A program made the translations under genes and the position numbers. Of a stretch of DNA of 64,000 bases, positions 11,305 to 23,916 are shown one piece after another. The notes beneath the pieces are model-generated. The model was not told where the DNA came from, did no database searches, and saw nothing but the letters and a program-made list of their open reading frames with translations. Positions within the stretch are counted from its first letter, which is position 1, and each line of letters begins with the position of its first letter. Source of the DNA: Eledone cirrhosa (Eukaryota); contig OZ024760.1 of the NCBI GenBank assembly GCA_964016885.1, positions 21,514,001 to 21,578,000 of the forward strand, in the 5' to 3' direction.

Positions 11305-12672
11305 TTATTTTTCTGTATCAATACAAATGTGTTTAGTTAATTGTTTTTTATGAGAGAATGATTTACCACAGATAACACAGTGGTGTGGCTTTTCTCCTGT
11401 ATGAGTACGTTTGTGTTTAGATAAGTTATTTAACACAGAGAATGATTTACTACAGATGTCACATTGATATGGTTTTTCTCCTGTATGAGTACGTTTATGA
11501 ATAGTTAAGCTATTTAACAGAGAGTATGATTTGTCACAAACATCACAATGATATGGTTTCTCTTCTGTATGAATACGTTCATGTTTAGTTAAGCTACTAC
11601 TGTGAGAGAATGATTTACCACAGATGTCACAGGAATATGGCTTCTCTCCTGTATGAATACGTTGGTGAGTAGTTAAGTGATCATTCTTAGAGAATGATTT
11701 ACCACAGATGTCACAGTGATATGGCTTTTCTCCTGTATGAATACGTTTGTGAGTAGTTAGGGTATTATTTCTTAAGAAAGATTTACCACAGATGTCACAG
11801 AGATATAGTTTCACTCCCGCATGAGAATGTTTATGTTTAGTTAAGTTACTAGTGTTAGAGAATGAATTACCACAGATGTCACAGTGATATGGTTTCTCAC
11901 CTGTATGAATACGTTTATGAGAAGCTAAGTTACTGCTTCCAGAGAATGATTTCCCACAGATGCCACAGTGATAAGGTTTCTCACCTGTATGAATACGTTT
12001 GTGAGAATTTAAGTTAGCAATCTGAGAGAATGATTTACCACAAATATCACAGTGATATGGCTTCTCTCCTGTTTGAGTAAGTTTATGTTTAGGTAAGTTA
12101 AAGCTATAAGAGAATGATTCACCAAAGATGTCACAGTGATATGGTTTCTCCTCTGTATGAATACGTTTGTGAGAAGTTAAGTTACTGCTTCCAGAGAAGG
12201 ATTTCCCACAGATCTCACAGTGATAAGGTTTCTCACCTGTATGAATACGTTGGTGAATATTTAAGTTAGCAATTTGAGAGAATGATTTATCACAGATATC
12301 ACAGTGATATGGTTTCTCACCTGTATGTGTACGTATATGGTCAGTTAAGTTACTACTTCCAGAGAATGATTTACCACAGATGTCACAGTGATATGGCTTC
12401 TCTCCTGTATGTGTACGTTTATGTCTAGTTAAGTTACTGCTTCCAGAGAATGATTTACCACAGATATCACAGTAATAAGATATATCACCTATATGTGTAT
12501 GTTTGTGAGTAGTAAGGTCACTGTTACCAGAGAATGATTCACCACAGATGTCACAGTAATAAGATATATCACCTATATGTGTATGTTTGTGAGTAGTAAG
12601 GTCACTGTTTCCAGAGAATGATTCACCATAGATGTCACAGTTGTAAGATGATTTTCCAATTACTTTTGACAT
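11305..12672 (-). CDS. Tandem C2H2 zinc-finger protein (ZNF2 here), 455 aa, 16 finger units (units 1 and 7 degenerate)
   Basis: Open C2H2 array with HTGEKPY linkers; CDIY and CDIF...KLTQ units have lost Zn ligands. Putative acceptor at 12870-12871. Confidence 0.9.
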   Translation of the reverse strand: MSKVIGKSSYNCDIYGESFSGNSDLTTHKHTHIGDISYYCDICGESFSGNSDLTTHKHTHIGDISYYCDICGKSFSGSSNLTRHKRTHTGEKPYHCDICGKSFSGSSNLTDHIRTHTGEKPYHCDICDKSFSQIANLNIHQRIHTGEKPYHCEICGKSFSGSSNLTSHKRIHTEEKPYHCDIFGESFSYSFNLPKHKLTQTGEKPYHCDICGKSFSQIANLNSHKRIHTGEKPYHCGICGKSFSGSSNLASHKRIHTGEKPYHCDICGNSFSNTSNLTKHKHSHAGVKLYLCDICGKSFLRNNTLTTHKRIHTGEKPYHCDICGKSFSKNDHLTTHQRIHTGEKPYSCDICGKSFSHSSSLTKHERIHTEEKPYHCDVCDKSYSLLNSLTIHKRTHTGEKPYQCDICSKSFSVLNNLSKHKRTHTGEKPHHCVICGKSFSHKKQLTKHICIDTEK

Positions 12673-13176
12673 TTTTTTCAGGAAAAAAACTATCCATAAA
12701 TTAAGTTTTCCACAAAATTCATTTCCTGATTATTTTTCTTCTCTGTCATCAATATATATATATATCATCATCACCATTTTACATCCATTCTTCCATGCTA
12801 GCATGGGTTAGACGGGTTGTCCTGTTGTGGGCAATGCCAGGTTGGGTCTCCTTGTCTATATATGGTATTCTGAAATAATAAAGAAACAGTATGAGATATA
12901 GAGAATAAAGTAGAGCTGCAACGGTGAACATTTTACATTTCCTTTTTCATAAACTAGATATAAATATCTAACTTTACATCATCATCGCTTAACGTCCACT
13001 TTCCACGCTAGCATGGGTTAGATATATATATTTTACAAGATATAAACATTTAATTTTACAAAATACAAATATTTAACTTTACAAATATAAACATTTAATT
13101 TTTATGATGTAAATGTTTAACTTTTTAATTTGTTAACAATTACAACTTTGTGTGAATTCTACATGTTTGTAGCCTA

Positions 13177-13955
13177 TAGCTACATCTTCAGACTATGTAA
13201 CATTATATATATATTAAACATAGGGCGGTGGATTGGCAGTATCAGTAGAGGGTCGGATGCCATGCTCTCCAGCATAGTTACGTCCCTTTACGATCTGAGT
13301 TCAAATCCCGCCGAGGTTGACTTTGCCTTTCATCCTTACGGGGTCGATAAAATAAAGTACCAGTAATACACTGGGTAATTGCTGGCCTTGTGCCTAAAGT
13401 AGACACAATTATATATATATTAAACTATAGCTACATCTTCAGACTGTGTAACATTATATATATATTAAACAATAGCTACACCTTTGGATTATGTAACATT
13501 ATATATATATTAAACTATAGCTTCATCTTCAGACTGTGTAACATTATATATATATTAAACAATAGCTTCACCTTTGGATTATGTAACATTATATATATAT
13601 TAAACTATAGCTTCATCTTCAGACTGTGTAACATTATATATATATTAAACTATAGCTACACCTTTGGATTATGTAACATTATATATATATTAAACAATAG
13701 CTTCATCTTCAGACTGTGTAACATTATATATATATTAAACTATAGCTACACCTTTGGATTATGTAACATTATAATCCTGCCGAGGTTAACTTTGCCTTTC
13801 ATCCTTACGGGGTCGATAAAATAAAGTACCAGTAATGTACTGGGTGATTTGCTGGCCTTGTGCCTAAAGTAGAAACAATTATATATATATATTAAACAAT
13901 AGCTACACCTTCGGATTATGTAACATTATATGCATGTTAAACTACAGCTACATAA
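13177..13955. repeat. ~39-bp minisatellite (tagctacatcttcagactgtgtaacattatatatatattaaac) in the ZNF2 intron
   Basis: Tandem units with SINE pieces interleaved; paralogous to 23917-26505. Confidence 0.9.
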
Positions 13956-13989
13956 TATATAAATAGAGAGAGAGAGAGAGAGAGTGAGA

Positions 13990-14560
13990 GAGTTTTGAGA
14001 CTTTTTTTTTCCAGCTTGAAGGTTGAGACCGCTGCAGCCCTTTAAACAACACCTGTCACAGCTGACTGGTTCCACAATGCAGTCAGGATGTGAGGACAAC
14101 TTGGAGGCAATAAAGTTTTCAGTCAAGCTTGGCAAAAACACTGCAGAAACCTACAAAATGGTTAAAACTTCATGAGACAGGCAACTGTTTTCTGCTGGAA
14201 CAAGAGTTGTGGGCAGGGAGAGGGACATCTGGACTCTGGACTCCAAAGTTGGTCAAACAAAATTTGCAAATTTTTGTACAAGGACCAGTATGTATCTCTT
14301 CAGATGATTGCTAAACAATTTGAAGTGGCTGAGGGCACTGTGCACAGAGTCTTTCATGTTGATCTGAACATGCACAAAGATTGTTCCCAGGGTTCTCAAT
14401 GAAGGCAGAGGTGCACTGATGATGGTAGGAAGATAATCGAGTGGATCGCTTCAAATCCAAGAGTCCTTGAGTCTCTGGTAACCTATGACAAGAGGTGGGT
14501 CAACTTTTATGATCCAGAGCCCAAGAGATAGAGTTCCCAGTAGAAACATTCTGATCTCGA
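13990..14560 (+). mobile_element. Mariner transposase remnant
   Basis: AIKFSVKLGKNTAETYKMV (HTH), VPRVL and VTYDKRWVNFYDPEPKR*SSQ*KH motifs; frameshifted. Confidence 0.8.
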
Positions 14561-14657
14561 TCCTGTGTCATCACCTCATCCCAGCTCTTCCCACTCCATA
14601 GCTTCCACCAACTTACACATATACGTACATATGTATACACACATTCACACAACACGC

Positions 14658-15002
14658 ATCATCATCATCATCATTTCATTTTACGTCCACTTTTCCCTGC
14701 TTGCAAGGGTGGGACGGGAAATGATTCTGGCTTGATTTCTACAGCTGGATGCCCTTCCTAACACCAACCTCATTTACAGTGAGTGCTGGGTGCTTTTTTG
14801 CCGTGGCACCTCCACGACCACTTTACAGTGGAATGATATGGACCCCAGTCCCTATCATCTCATTTCTACAGCTGAGTAAACTGGAGCAATGTGAAATAAA
14901 GTGTCTTGCTCAAGGAAACAACACATCACCCGATCTGAGAACTGAACTCACAACCTTTCAATTGCAAGGCCAATGCTCTAACCACTAAGCCATGTGCCTC
15001 CA
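14658..15002 (-). mobile_element. tRNA-derived CORE-like SINE (family A, ~340 bp, RTE-type (GAT)n tail)
   Basis: A/B-box head ggaggcacatggcttagtgg..gagttcaattc. Near-identical copies at 17047-17385(-), 22845-23183(+), 37501-37855(-), 50090-50427(-), 54186-54524(+), 56100-56485(+) and 60179-60522(-). Confidence 0.9.
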
Positions 15003-15177
15003 CCGCATATATATATATTTATATATGCTCTGATTAATTATGTATTTAATTCATTTATTAATCAAGCAAAAAAGGTAAATGATGGATACCACACATATAT
15101 GGGTTTATACTTACGTATCTCTATATATATATATATGTACTTTATATATATATATGTACTTTATATATATATATATT

Positions 15178-15505
15178 CAATGTATCACACATTTCCGACT
15201 TTTAATTTAATGTATTATCCATTTCCGACTGTTAATTTAATGTATTATCCATTTCCGACTGTTAATTTAATGTATTATCCATTTCCGACTGTTAATTTAA
15301 TGTATTATCCATTTCCGACTGTTAATTTAATGTATTATCCATTTCCGACTGTTATTTTAATGTATTATCCATTTCCGACTGTTAATTTAATGTATTATCC
15401 ATTTCCGACTGTTAATTTAATGTATTATCCATTTCCGACTGTTAATTTAATGTATTATCCATTTCCGACTGTTAATTTAATGTATTATCCATTTCCGACT
15501 GTTAT
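15178..15505. repeat. 30-bp minisatellite (aatttaatgtattatccatttccgactgtt), ~11 units
   Basis: Nearly perfect tandem array; explains ORF 14994-15566. Confidence 0.95.
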
Positions 15506-16019
15506 TTTCTCTATATCCGAAGTGGAGATCTTTTCTGGCGCTAATTTCAAACTGTTTGAAATGTAACCACCTAATTATGTGATTGGTTCTATATCTTGGG
15601 CCTACATATTCCTACTTCTCTGGAAATCACGTGAGGACAGTGGCAGGTTAGAAGTGCTACTGTGTCACTGGTAGACCCTAGTGATAGAATGAGAAGGATC
15701 GCTCCCGTTGACAAAATTCTGTGTTGATCCTGGCTACATCCATTCCTTCCGGAAAACTCTGGATTTAATGCGTGGCTTCTGTGTACTGGGTGCATTTATT
15801 GCACTGCAGTGCATGGAGTAGAAACCAACAATTTTGTTTGGTCTGGACTAAATTATTTACACCTGCATATAATCCTGAACTTACCACTAATAACAAAATG
15901 TGTAAGTTCTGAATCACGGACTGGCGCTTCAGAAGTGCAAGTCATGTGAATTCATTGAGCTAGTGGGAAAGTTCAACGTACTAGCACACACTCAGTTTGT
16001 CTAGTTCAATACACTTATA

Positions 16020-16525
16020 TATCATCATCATCATCATTTTACTTCTGCTTTTCCCTGCTTGCAAGAGTGGGACGGGTCCTATTCAGCACAGCAACTCTCC
16101 ATTCATCACAGTCCTTTGTCATCTCCTCCGTGAACTTCAGCGATCTGAGGTCTGCTCTCACCACCTCGGCCCATGTTTTTCATGGTCTTCCTCTACTGCA
16201 TCTTCCTTCCACCAGGATTTCTTGGCACTTCTTTACCCAGCGGTCATCCTCCATGCGCATCACATCCATACCAACGCAGTCTTCTCTCTCGCACACTACA
16301 GCCTATCCCTCTTATACACAATTTCTCTCTCAATTCGTCTATGCTTGGTTGTTCACACACATTGATATTGCACATCCAATGGAGTATGCTTGCTTCATTT
16401 CTCTCCAGCTGTCGCATATTCTTCGCAGTTGCTGCCCATGTCTCACCAACATACAGCATCGCGCATCTCACACAGGCATCATATAACCGGCCTTTCGTTC
16501 GTAGGGAGAAATCCTTCTTTTTCAA
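16020..16525 (-). mobile_element. RTE LINE 3' fragment (second subfamily)
   Basis: FSLRTKGRLYDACVRCAMLY..ETWA..LERNEAS.L.WMCNI..RRLRWYG, with (GAT)n tail. Confidence 0.85.
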
Positions 16526-16633
16526 CTATATCTCTTGTGTACCCAAGATCAGCATTGTTTACATTTCATATATATATATATATATGACTGAATTTTAACC
16601 ATCTACTATGTCAGGGTATGTCATGCATCATCT

Positions 16634-16700
16634 TATTTTATCTGATGAGGACGTACTGTTGAACTTAACTCAGTACCTCTGAAATATGTATAATAAAATA
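16634..16700 (+). ncRNA. Minimal type-I hammerhead ribozyme, intact core; predicted cleavage after AUA at 16692
   Basis: tattttat CTGATGA gga-c-gtactg [loop] cagtac-c-tct GAAAT atgt ATA ataaaata; 8-bp stem I. Confidence 0.8.
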
Positions 16701-16946
16701 TACTTGATCACAAGAATATCTATTTTGTTAATATTTTGAATTAATATTAATAACTCTGGAAAACCTTTTCTGTTGAGTGCTTCCAATCTATTGTAAAACT
16801 CATTCTTTGATATATTCATTGAACCTTGTTTAACTTTTAAATATATATATAAATTTTGAGTATGTGTTGGTTGTTTACCGACACCTCAGATTGCAGGTTG
16901 GATAAGTAAGTCAAAGATGTTAAATTTGGCTTCGTTTACTATAATT

Positions 16947-16999
16947 CTGTTATATATATTTCAGTGACAACTATTATTGGCTGTGACCTCATCAGGCAG
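16947..16999 (-). ncRNA. Minimal type-I hammerhead motif, intact core
   Basis: ctgc CTGATGA ggtcacagc caataata gttgtcact GAAAT atat ATA acag; the first stem I pair is a C-A mismatch. Confidence 0.7.
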
Positions 17000-17809
17000 T
17001 ACGAATTAATGTAGAAGAAATAAGTAAGCATGGTATTGAAATGTGTTCATCATCATCATCATTTTACGTCCGCTTTTCCCTGCTTGCAAGGGTGGGACGG
17101 GAACTGATTCTGGCTTGATTTCTACAGCTGGATGCCCTTCCTAACACCAACCTCATTTACAGTGAGTGCTGGGTGCTTTTTTGCCGTGGCACCTCCACGA
17201 CCACTTTGCAGTGGAATGATATGGACCCTAGTCCCTATCATCTCATTTCTACAGCTGAGTAAACTGGAGCAATGTGAAATAAAGTGTCTTGCTCAAGGAA
17301 ACAACACATTACCCGGTCTGAGAATTGAACTCACAACCTTTCGATTGCAAGGCCAATGCTCTAACCACTAAGCCATGTGCCTCCACACACATATATATAA
17401 AGACACACACACATAGATATATACATACACACATATATACACACACAAGAATTAAAAATTAAAGATTTAAAATTAAGTTGAACAAACCTGCCTCAACACT
17501 TAATTTTAAATTCTTTTTAATTGTAATACTCAACATTTAATAAGATGGATTTTACTGATATATCGAAACCGATTATATTTTATATACATTATAAACGTCT
17601 TTTTTTTTTAAGAATTGTCCCTTTCATTTTTTCAATAATGTCACTTTCACGAATGAAAGAAGAAAAAAAAGATCCTTAAATATATTTTCCGTGCTATTTC
17701 TAATTCCACCTTTTCTTCTATATACATGTATATATGTGTGTGTCCGGTATAATGTGGGGGGCGACGACACAACAGTAAAAATGCACATACACACACACAC
17801 ATATATATA

Positions 17810-18021
17810 TACAGGATTTCCCCCAAAATGTATACACTTCTACAACATTATAATCAAAGATCAAGGTGTGTATAGATTTTTGGGGGACGCCCTGTATATA
17901 TATAACAGTAAAAATGCACAAACACACACATATATATACAGGATTTCCCCAAAAATGTATACACTTCTACAACATTATAATCAAAGATCAAGGTGTGTAT
18001 AGATTTTTGGGGGACGCCCTG

Positions 18022-18023
<2 letters not shown>
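17810..18023. mobile_element. Two tandem copies of an ~87-bp Tc1/mariner-type mini-MITE (17810-17896, 17937-18023)
   Basis: TA-CAGGATTTCCCC(C)AAAATGTATACAC ... GTGTATAGATTTTTGGGGGACGCCCTG-TA inverted termini; 127-bp period. Confidence 0.7.
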
Positions 18024-18052
<29 letters not shown>

Positions 18053-18157
18053 AACATTCTTCTATAATCAGAAACATCATTCTCCAATAACATCGTGTCT
18101 CTCCGGTGTGATTATATTTGTCTGCGTGTGTATATATATATATATATAATGTATATG

Positions 18158-18513
18158 TACTCTCGGTCCCAAATAATAGAGAAGGGGGGGGGGGGGTAGT
18201 ATAAGCAGGGGTGGGAGTGGGACATTTGCTTAAATTCTTATAAGAGGGGAAGAATCGGTAATTCTATTGTGTACGTTCGTAAATATAGGATTTCTTGCAA
18301 TGTTCTTTTTTTTTTTGCCATTTATAATGTTTTTTTCTTTTTTTTAATGTAAAATACAATTATTATTAGATTCTCCATCAATATGAATCACTTACGATAA
18401 AATTTCTCGGGAGATTGATTTGCAAAATTTAATAAGCGGGGATGAAGGTGAGGATCTAAAAGTGAGTCAATGGGTGAGAGGTGGGGTGGGGACTATTATT
18501 CGAGACCCGAGAG
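18158..18513. mobile_element. Possible non-autonomous DNA transposon (MITE)
   Basis: Imperfect TIRs ctctcggtcccaaataatag / ctattattcgagacccgagag. Confidence 0.45.
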
Positions 18514-18524
18514 GGCGTCTATAT

Positions 18525-19530
18525 GCGTACAATCCTAATAAATAAGGATTGTAGAAAAGTACAAAATAACTAATAAATTGACAATCTAAATAATACGTAC
18601 TTTATATTTCAAGTCCAAGTGTAAATGAAGGATCAGGAAATCTCAACGTTCATATGTTGGTATTAAAAACATATTTCTCTTTGTCCTGTATTCACGATGT
18701 CATGTAGTTTGTGATGAAATATTTAATATAAGTGATGGAACAGCTACCCTGAAACATATAGATCACCCTATGTTATCTATAAACATTAATGACTCACTTA
18801 ACATCGGATAATTGCTACACAATATATAATTAGATTAATTAAAGTTATAATTGCGATAACAGATTTACAGTGTCGTTAACGATATTTTCTTGTCTCAATG
18901 TTACCGGTGACATATCTTAAAAGTCCCTGGTGTAATTTATATATATATTCAGAAACAACTTCAGTTATATAAATTCACTTCGATATTTACCATCAGAAAA
19001 TATTGATGAAGCGAATTGATATAACAGTGTTATAGTAAATTAAAAAAACAAATGTTCTGAAATACACAATAGTAATTTGTTAAATAGTTTTATTGGGTAA
19101 GATCAAGCGAAGACTGTGTTGTCTCCCTTCGAAGTAATCACTAATTTAAGTTCGATACTGAATTTCCTGCTTTGTTTTTCGAGCGATTAAGCTTTAATTT
19201 TAAGTCTTCTTGTTACTTTAAGTTAGGGAGCCAACAATACCATCAACATTAGAGGCCTTATAATCTGAATATTGTCAAATATTTTAATATTTCAGTATTT
19301 AAAACAACGAAGTACGATAGAACTCTAAATATATTAAATGTTACAGAAATGTTTGTGTTTGGTATTAAAAGTACTTACAAGATGATATCGTGATCTATGG
19401 TGTTAATAAAAGAGATTTAGATAAGAATAAAATAACTATATAGCTATTACTATATAGCTGCCTATATTTTATGTATGGTGACGTAACACCTAATAGAGTA
19501 GTTGGGGTTAGAGGGAGGCTCTGTCATGAT
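18525..19530 (-). promoter_or_regulatory. Conserved upstream block of ZNF2 (donor GTAAGT at 19373-19378), with a deletion of the presumptive TSS segment
   Basis: Aligns by eye to 4640-5555 and to the reverse complement of 20195-21370, but lacks the equivalent of ~20292-20455. Confidence 0.55.
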
Positions 19531-19819
19531 AGAGAGGGAGAGAGAATGTGTGGCAGAACGTGTATGTGTAGAAGAGTGTGAAGGAGGGAAAGGGAGAATG
19601 ATTTTTCTGACGACAGTAATTCATGGAGAATCCATTAAGGAATGTGAACCATCAAAAACGTCATTCTTATCATTTTTCATATACACTTTACTGTACTCAT
19701 GTCACAAATAAACATGCGCAGAAAATATTCTCAAAGGTGATCTAACTCAAGCCAGATCGAAAGAGGGAGGTAACTGAGAAAGTTCATAATATAAAGGATA
19801 TGATGTCTAGGAGTGTTAC

Positions 19820-20135
19820 GTCTGGAAGCTAGTCGAGGGCTTTAAAATTACGTAATATGTGTTTCACCACGTATTTAGACACACTATTACGTTACCTCCT
19901 CACGATATTGGTTCTTTCTTTGATGCACAACCAGCAAGACGAATTCCCATTTCCGTAACGGCTAGACTTGGTTATACCTTTACATTGAATGTAGTAATTC
20001 ACGACTGCGTCCTTGAGCGACCATATGTGGCTTGCGAGCTTCGTGGACGATCGTTTATCCGGGTGTCTAAACGTCGACAGATGATTTAGGAAGCGTTCTT
20101 TAACGCACATGAGTAGCCTGTGTCTGTTAAAGAGA
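19820..20135 (-). mobile_element. Penelope-like element GIY-YIG endonuclease C-terminal remnant
   Basis: KERFLNHLSTFRHPDKRSSTKLASHIWSLKD...Y.NG...CWLCIKER matches the C-terminal endonuclease of Neptune-type PLE ORFs. Confidence 0.75.
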
Positions 20136-20194
20136 GATCGGTATTTATGACTTGTGGGGAAGTGTTTATTTACGCACCCTATTACAATGTGTAT

Positions 20195-21470
20195 GTCATG
20201 ACGGAGCCCCCCTTCTAACCCAAACTCTATCAGGAGTTAAGTCACCATACATACAATATAGACAACTATATAGTAATAGGTATATAGTTATATTATTGTC
20301 ATCTAATGTTATATATCATATTAAAGCCGTATTCATTAATGTATCGTTTACACAGCATCAGTCAATGAGTCATGAGTACGAAAATACGACTAAAAATAAA
20401 TCTCTATACTGATATTTTGTTTTCTTCCTAAGTTCTTTGTCAACTTCGAGTTATTTTCTCATCTAAATCTCTTTTTTTAACACCATAGATCACGATATCA
20501 TCCTGTAAGTACTTTTAATACATCGAACACAAACATTTCTGTAACATTTAATATATTTATAGTTCTATCGTACTTCGTTGTTTTAAAATATTTGACAATA
20601 TTCAGATTATAAGGCCCCTAATTTTGATGGTATTGTTGTCTCCCTAACTTAAAGTAACAAGAAGACTTAAAATCAAAGCTTAGTCCCTCGAAAAACAAAG
20701 CAGGAAATTAATTCAGTATCGAACTTAAATTAGTGATTACTTCAAAGGGAGACAACACAGTCTTCGCTTGATCTTCCCCAATAAAACTATTTAACAAATT
20801 ACTATTGTGTATTTTAGAATATTTGTTTTTTAATTTGCTATAACACTACGTTATATCAATTCGTTTATCAATATTTTCTTATACTAAATATCGAAGAAGG
20901 GAATTTATATAACTGAAGTTGTTTCTGAATATGTATAAATTACACCAGGGACTTTTAAGATATGTCACCGGTAACATTGAGACATAAGAAAATATAGTTA
21001 ACGACACTGTATATCTGTTATCGTAATTATAACTTTAATTAATCTAATTATATATTGTGTAGCAATTATCCGATGTTAAGTGGCTCATTAATGTTTATAG
21101 ATAACATAGGGTGATCTATATGTTTCAGGGTAGCTGTTCCATCACTTACATTAAATATTTCATCACAAACTACATGACATCGTGAATACAGGACAAAGAG
21201 AAATATGTTTTTAATGCCAACATATGAACGTTGAAATATAAAGTACGTATGGACTTGAAATATAAAGTACATATTATTTAGATTGTCGATATATTAGTTA
21301 TTTTGTACTTTTCTACATTCCGTGGCAAACACTCCTGATTTATAAGCACATAGACGTATACATACATATATTAGACAGCTATATACACTCACAAATATGA
21401 CCACACTGGAGAACCACTATTTTGTTGGTGAATAATGTTATTATTTATCATTCTGTAGCTTTTTATATAT
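20195..21470 (+). promoter_or_regulatory. Conserved upstream block of ZNF3: Inr-like TCAGTC 20358-20363, putative exon 1 to 20504, donor GTAAGT 20505-20510
   Basis: Inverted copy of the ZNF1/ZNF2 block with a consensus donor. The TSS is inferred only. Confidence 0.55.
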
Positions 21471-21475
21471 AAAGC

Positions 21476-22395
21476 TAGCTTGCCTCCAACGTCACCTTCC
21501 TGCCAACCGAGTCCTACTGTCAGAATTAATAGTGATCACCCGGTTCACCCCTTCATCTCTATCGTTAACCTACCCCCACCGTCTTCTTCCCATCTGAATC
21601 CTAATTCTAAGGTTGCTCCTCAGATGTTGCCAATTCACCACCAAACCGCGCTCTCTACTCTCGAACCAGTCGGTATCTAAAGACAATCGCATGCCACTCT
21701 TGTCGCCTAAACTACCACAGGAGCTGCGATGGCATAAGTAAGGTTCAAGCTGAAAGTTTCTCAAACTGGACGTGTAATCAAATTCACTTTAGCTCCGATT
21801 CCCTTTGCAGGTCAGAACCTAACTCGGACGCTCAGATCTCTGTTGAGGACTTTGCCGCTGCCGTTTGAGACTTGTCTAAGTTGACACTCATCAAGAGGAT
21901 CCCAAAGGGAGCTCAGACCAGTTTCACCTATGCTCTCCCAACGACATCTTAGATTGGCAAAAACTATTCTTGTTTCCCTTATTCTCTCTCCACGTGTCCA
22001 ATGTGAAATCCGGATCCCTCACATCTTCCCTAAAACAGCAGTTTGAGTTGTTTGATTCAAACCCAATTACTGCTCATCTCAGATGCACTTAGAGTGGGAG
22101 CGGACGTCTGTGGGTGTCCGAGATATTGCTGTGTTAGGTCCTTTGATTCCACAGGTTTACATGGTTTGCCCTGCCGCCTGAATGCTGGTCGTTTTGCCTG
22201 TCACACCGAGTTAAATCTAATCATCAAACAGGCCCTTGCTCGTGTAAATATCCCCACTGCTTCTGTTGCCGAGCGGAATAAAATTTGGAAATACCTGGAT
22301 TTATCTAGTTATTATTTTTTCCAGCTTGTGGCGTTTGAAATGTTTGGTGGAGTTGGGCTGCTGACAGTGAAGTTCTTGTCATCACTGGCAGTGAA
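21476..22395 (+). mobile_element. CRE-clade (restriction-like endonuclease) non-LTR retrotransposon, internally deleted
   Basis: C.C...DSTGLHGLPC....GRFACH.ELN.IIKQAL and AERNK.WKY.DL...YFF..VAFE.FGG motifs. Confidence 0.7.
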
Positions 22396-23269
22396 TTGCA
22401 CCCCACCCCCCACTTTTTCTTTCCTTTATCATTATTGTTCAATGAATTATATTATTATATTCGATAATATATCATCATCATCATCGTTTAACGTCCCTGT
22501 TCCACGCTTGCATGGGTTTGGACGGGGGTTTTCCCACTTGAGGCAAGAGTGGTTGTCTTGCTCGCATAGGACTGTCTGCCCTTCCTAACACCAGCCACAT
22601 TTACAGTGTGGGTCTGGGAGGTTTTTACCGTGTTGCCTACACGGCCACATTACAGCGTGGACTGTCTATACTGAAGTAAAAGTTAAGTGGAAATATCCAA
22701 GAGTAAGAGCACTCAGTCAAAGGGACGAGTTTAGTATAAATAATTACAACAGTGACATAAACAGGTACTCAAGTTTCGTTGGGTTCTGTAATTATGTATA
22801 TATACCATATATATATACCGTCTAACCCATTTATGTCCATTCTTCCACATGGCTTAGTGGTTAGAGCATTAGCCTTGCAATTGAAAGGTTGTGAGTTCAA
22901 TTCTCGGACCGGGTGATATGTTGTTTCCTTGAGCAAGACACTTTATTTCACATTGCTCCAGTTTACTCAGCTGTAGAAATGAGATGATAGGGACTGGGGT
23001 CCCTATCATTCTACTGCAAAGTGGTCGTGGAGCTGCCACGGCAAAAAAAAAAACACCCAGCCCACACTGTAAATGAGGTTGGTGTTAGGAAGGGCATCCA
23101 GCTGTAGAAATCAAGCCAGAATCAGTTCCCGTCCCACCCTTGCAAGCAGGGAAAAGCAGACGTAAAATGATGATGATGGTGATGATATATATATATACAT
23201 ACATACATACATACATACATATAATCAGATATATAAATGGAAAAATTAGCTTTTAAATCATTTTTTACT

Positions 23270-23379
23270 TCCTTACACATGTTTCAAGAGAGTTATATAT
23301 AGAATTATTTGAAGAATGTTCTGTAAAATTTGGTATAATTATCATCTACAGACATAGTTTGTACTTCTCCATCAGAGGA
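23270..23379 (-). ncRNA. Degenerate hammerhead motif with long stem II insert (core CUGAUGG)
   Basis: tcct CTGATGG agaag...ctctctt GAAAC atgt GTA agga. Confidence 0.5.
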
Positions 23380-23406
23380 TTAACAAAAGATTAAATTAAT
23401 GCAGAA

Positions 23407-23700
23407 TCATCATCATCATCATCATCATCATCGTTTAACGTCCATGTTCCACGCTTGCATGGGTTTGGACGGGAGTTTTCCCACTTGAGGCAAGAGTGGT
23501 TGTCTTGCTCGCATAGGACTGTCTGGCGGGTTTTCTACAGTTGGATGCCCTTCCTAACACCAACCACATTTACAGTGTGGGGCTGGGAGGTTTTTACCGT
23601 GTTGCCTACACGGTCACATTACAGCGTGGACTGTGTGTTTTTTTTTCGTGACACCTACACGATCTCATTTGTTTCGGCCTGGATTTTGTGGCACCAACAT
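23407..23700 (-). mobile_element. RTE LINE 3' UTR-only insertion (others at 22472-22665, 49761-49927, 53800-54000, 63633-63738)
   Basis: Matches the 3' UTR of 30375-31765 and ends in (GAT)n. Confidence 0.8.
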
Positions 23701-23916
23701 AGCAGAATATATGTAAAATGTGGCACCAACATAGCAGAATATATGTAAAATTCCCACATTAGTCAGGATGGTAAGCATCTTATGTCTACCTGTTGACATA
23801 ATTGTTTCTACTTTTGGCACAAGGCCACCAATTACCCAGTGCATTACTGGTACTTTATTTTATCAACCCCCGTAAGGATGAAAGGCAAAGTTAACCTCGG
23901 CGGGATTTGAACTCAG

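Noticed and set aside
14749-14988. Recurrent 79-aa ORF MPFLTPTSFTVSAG... (also 17132, 50182)
   Set aside because: Antisense reading of the family A SINE.
19602-19658. ttttt CTGACGA ... GAAC ca TC aaaaa near the GIY-YIG remnant
   Set aside because: Core and stem III too degenerate, and stem I is only homopolymeric.
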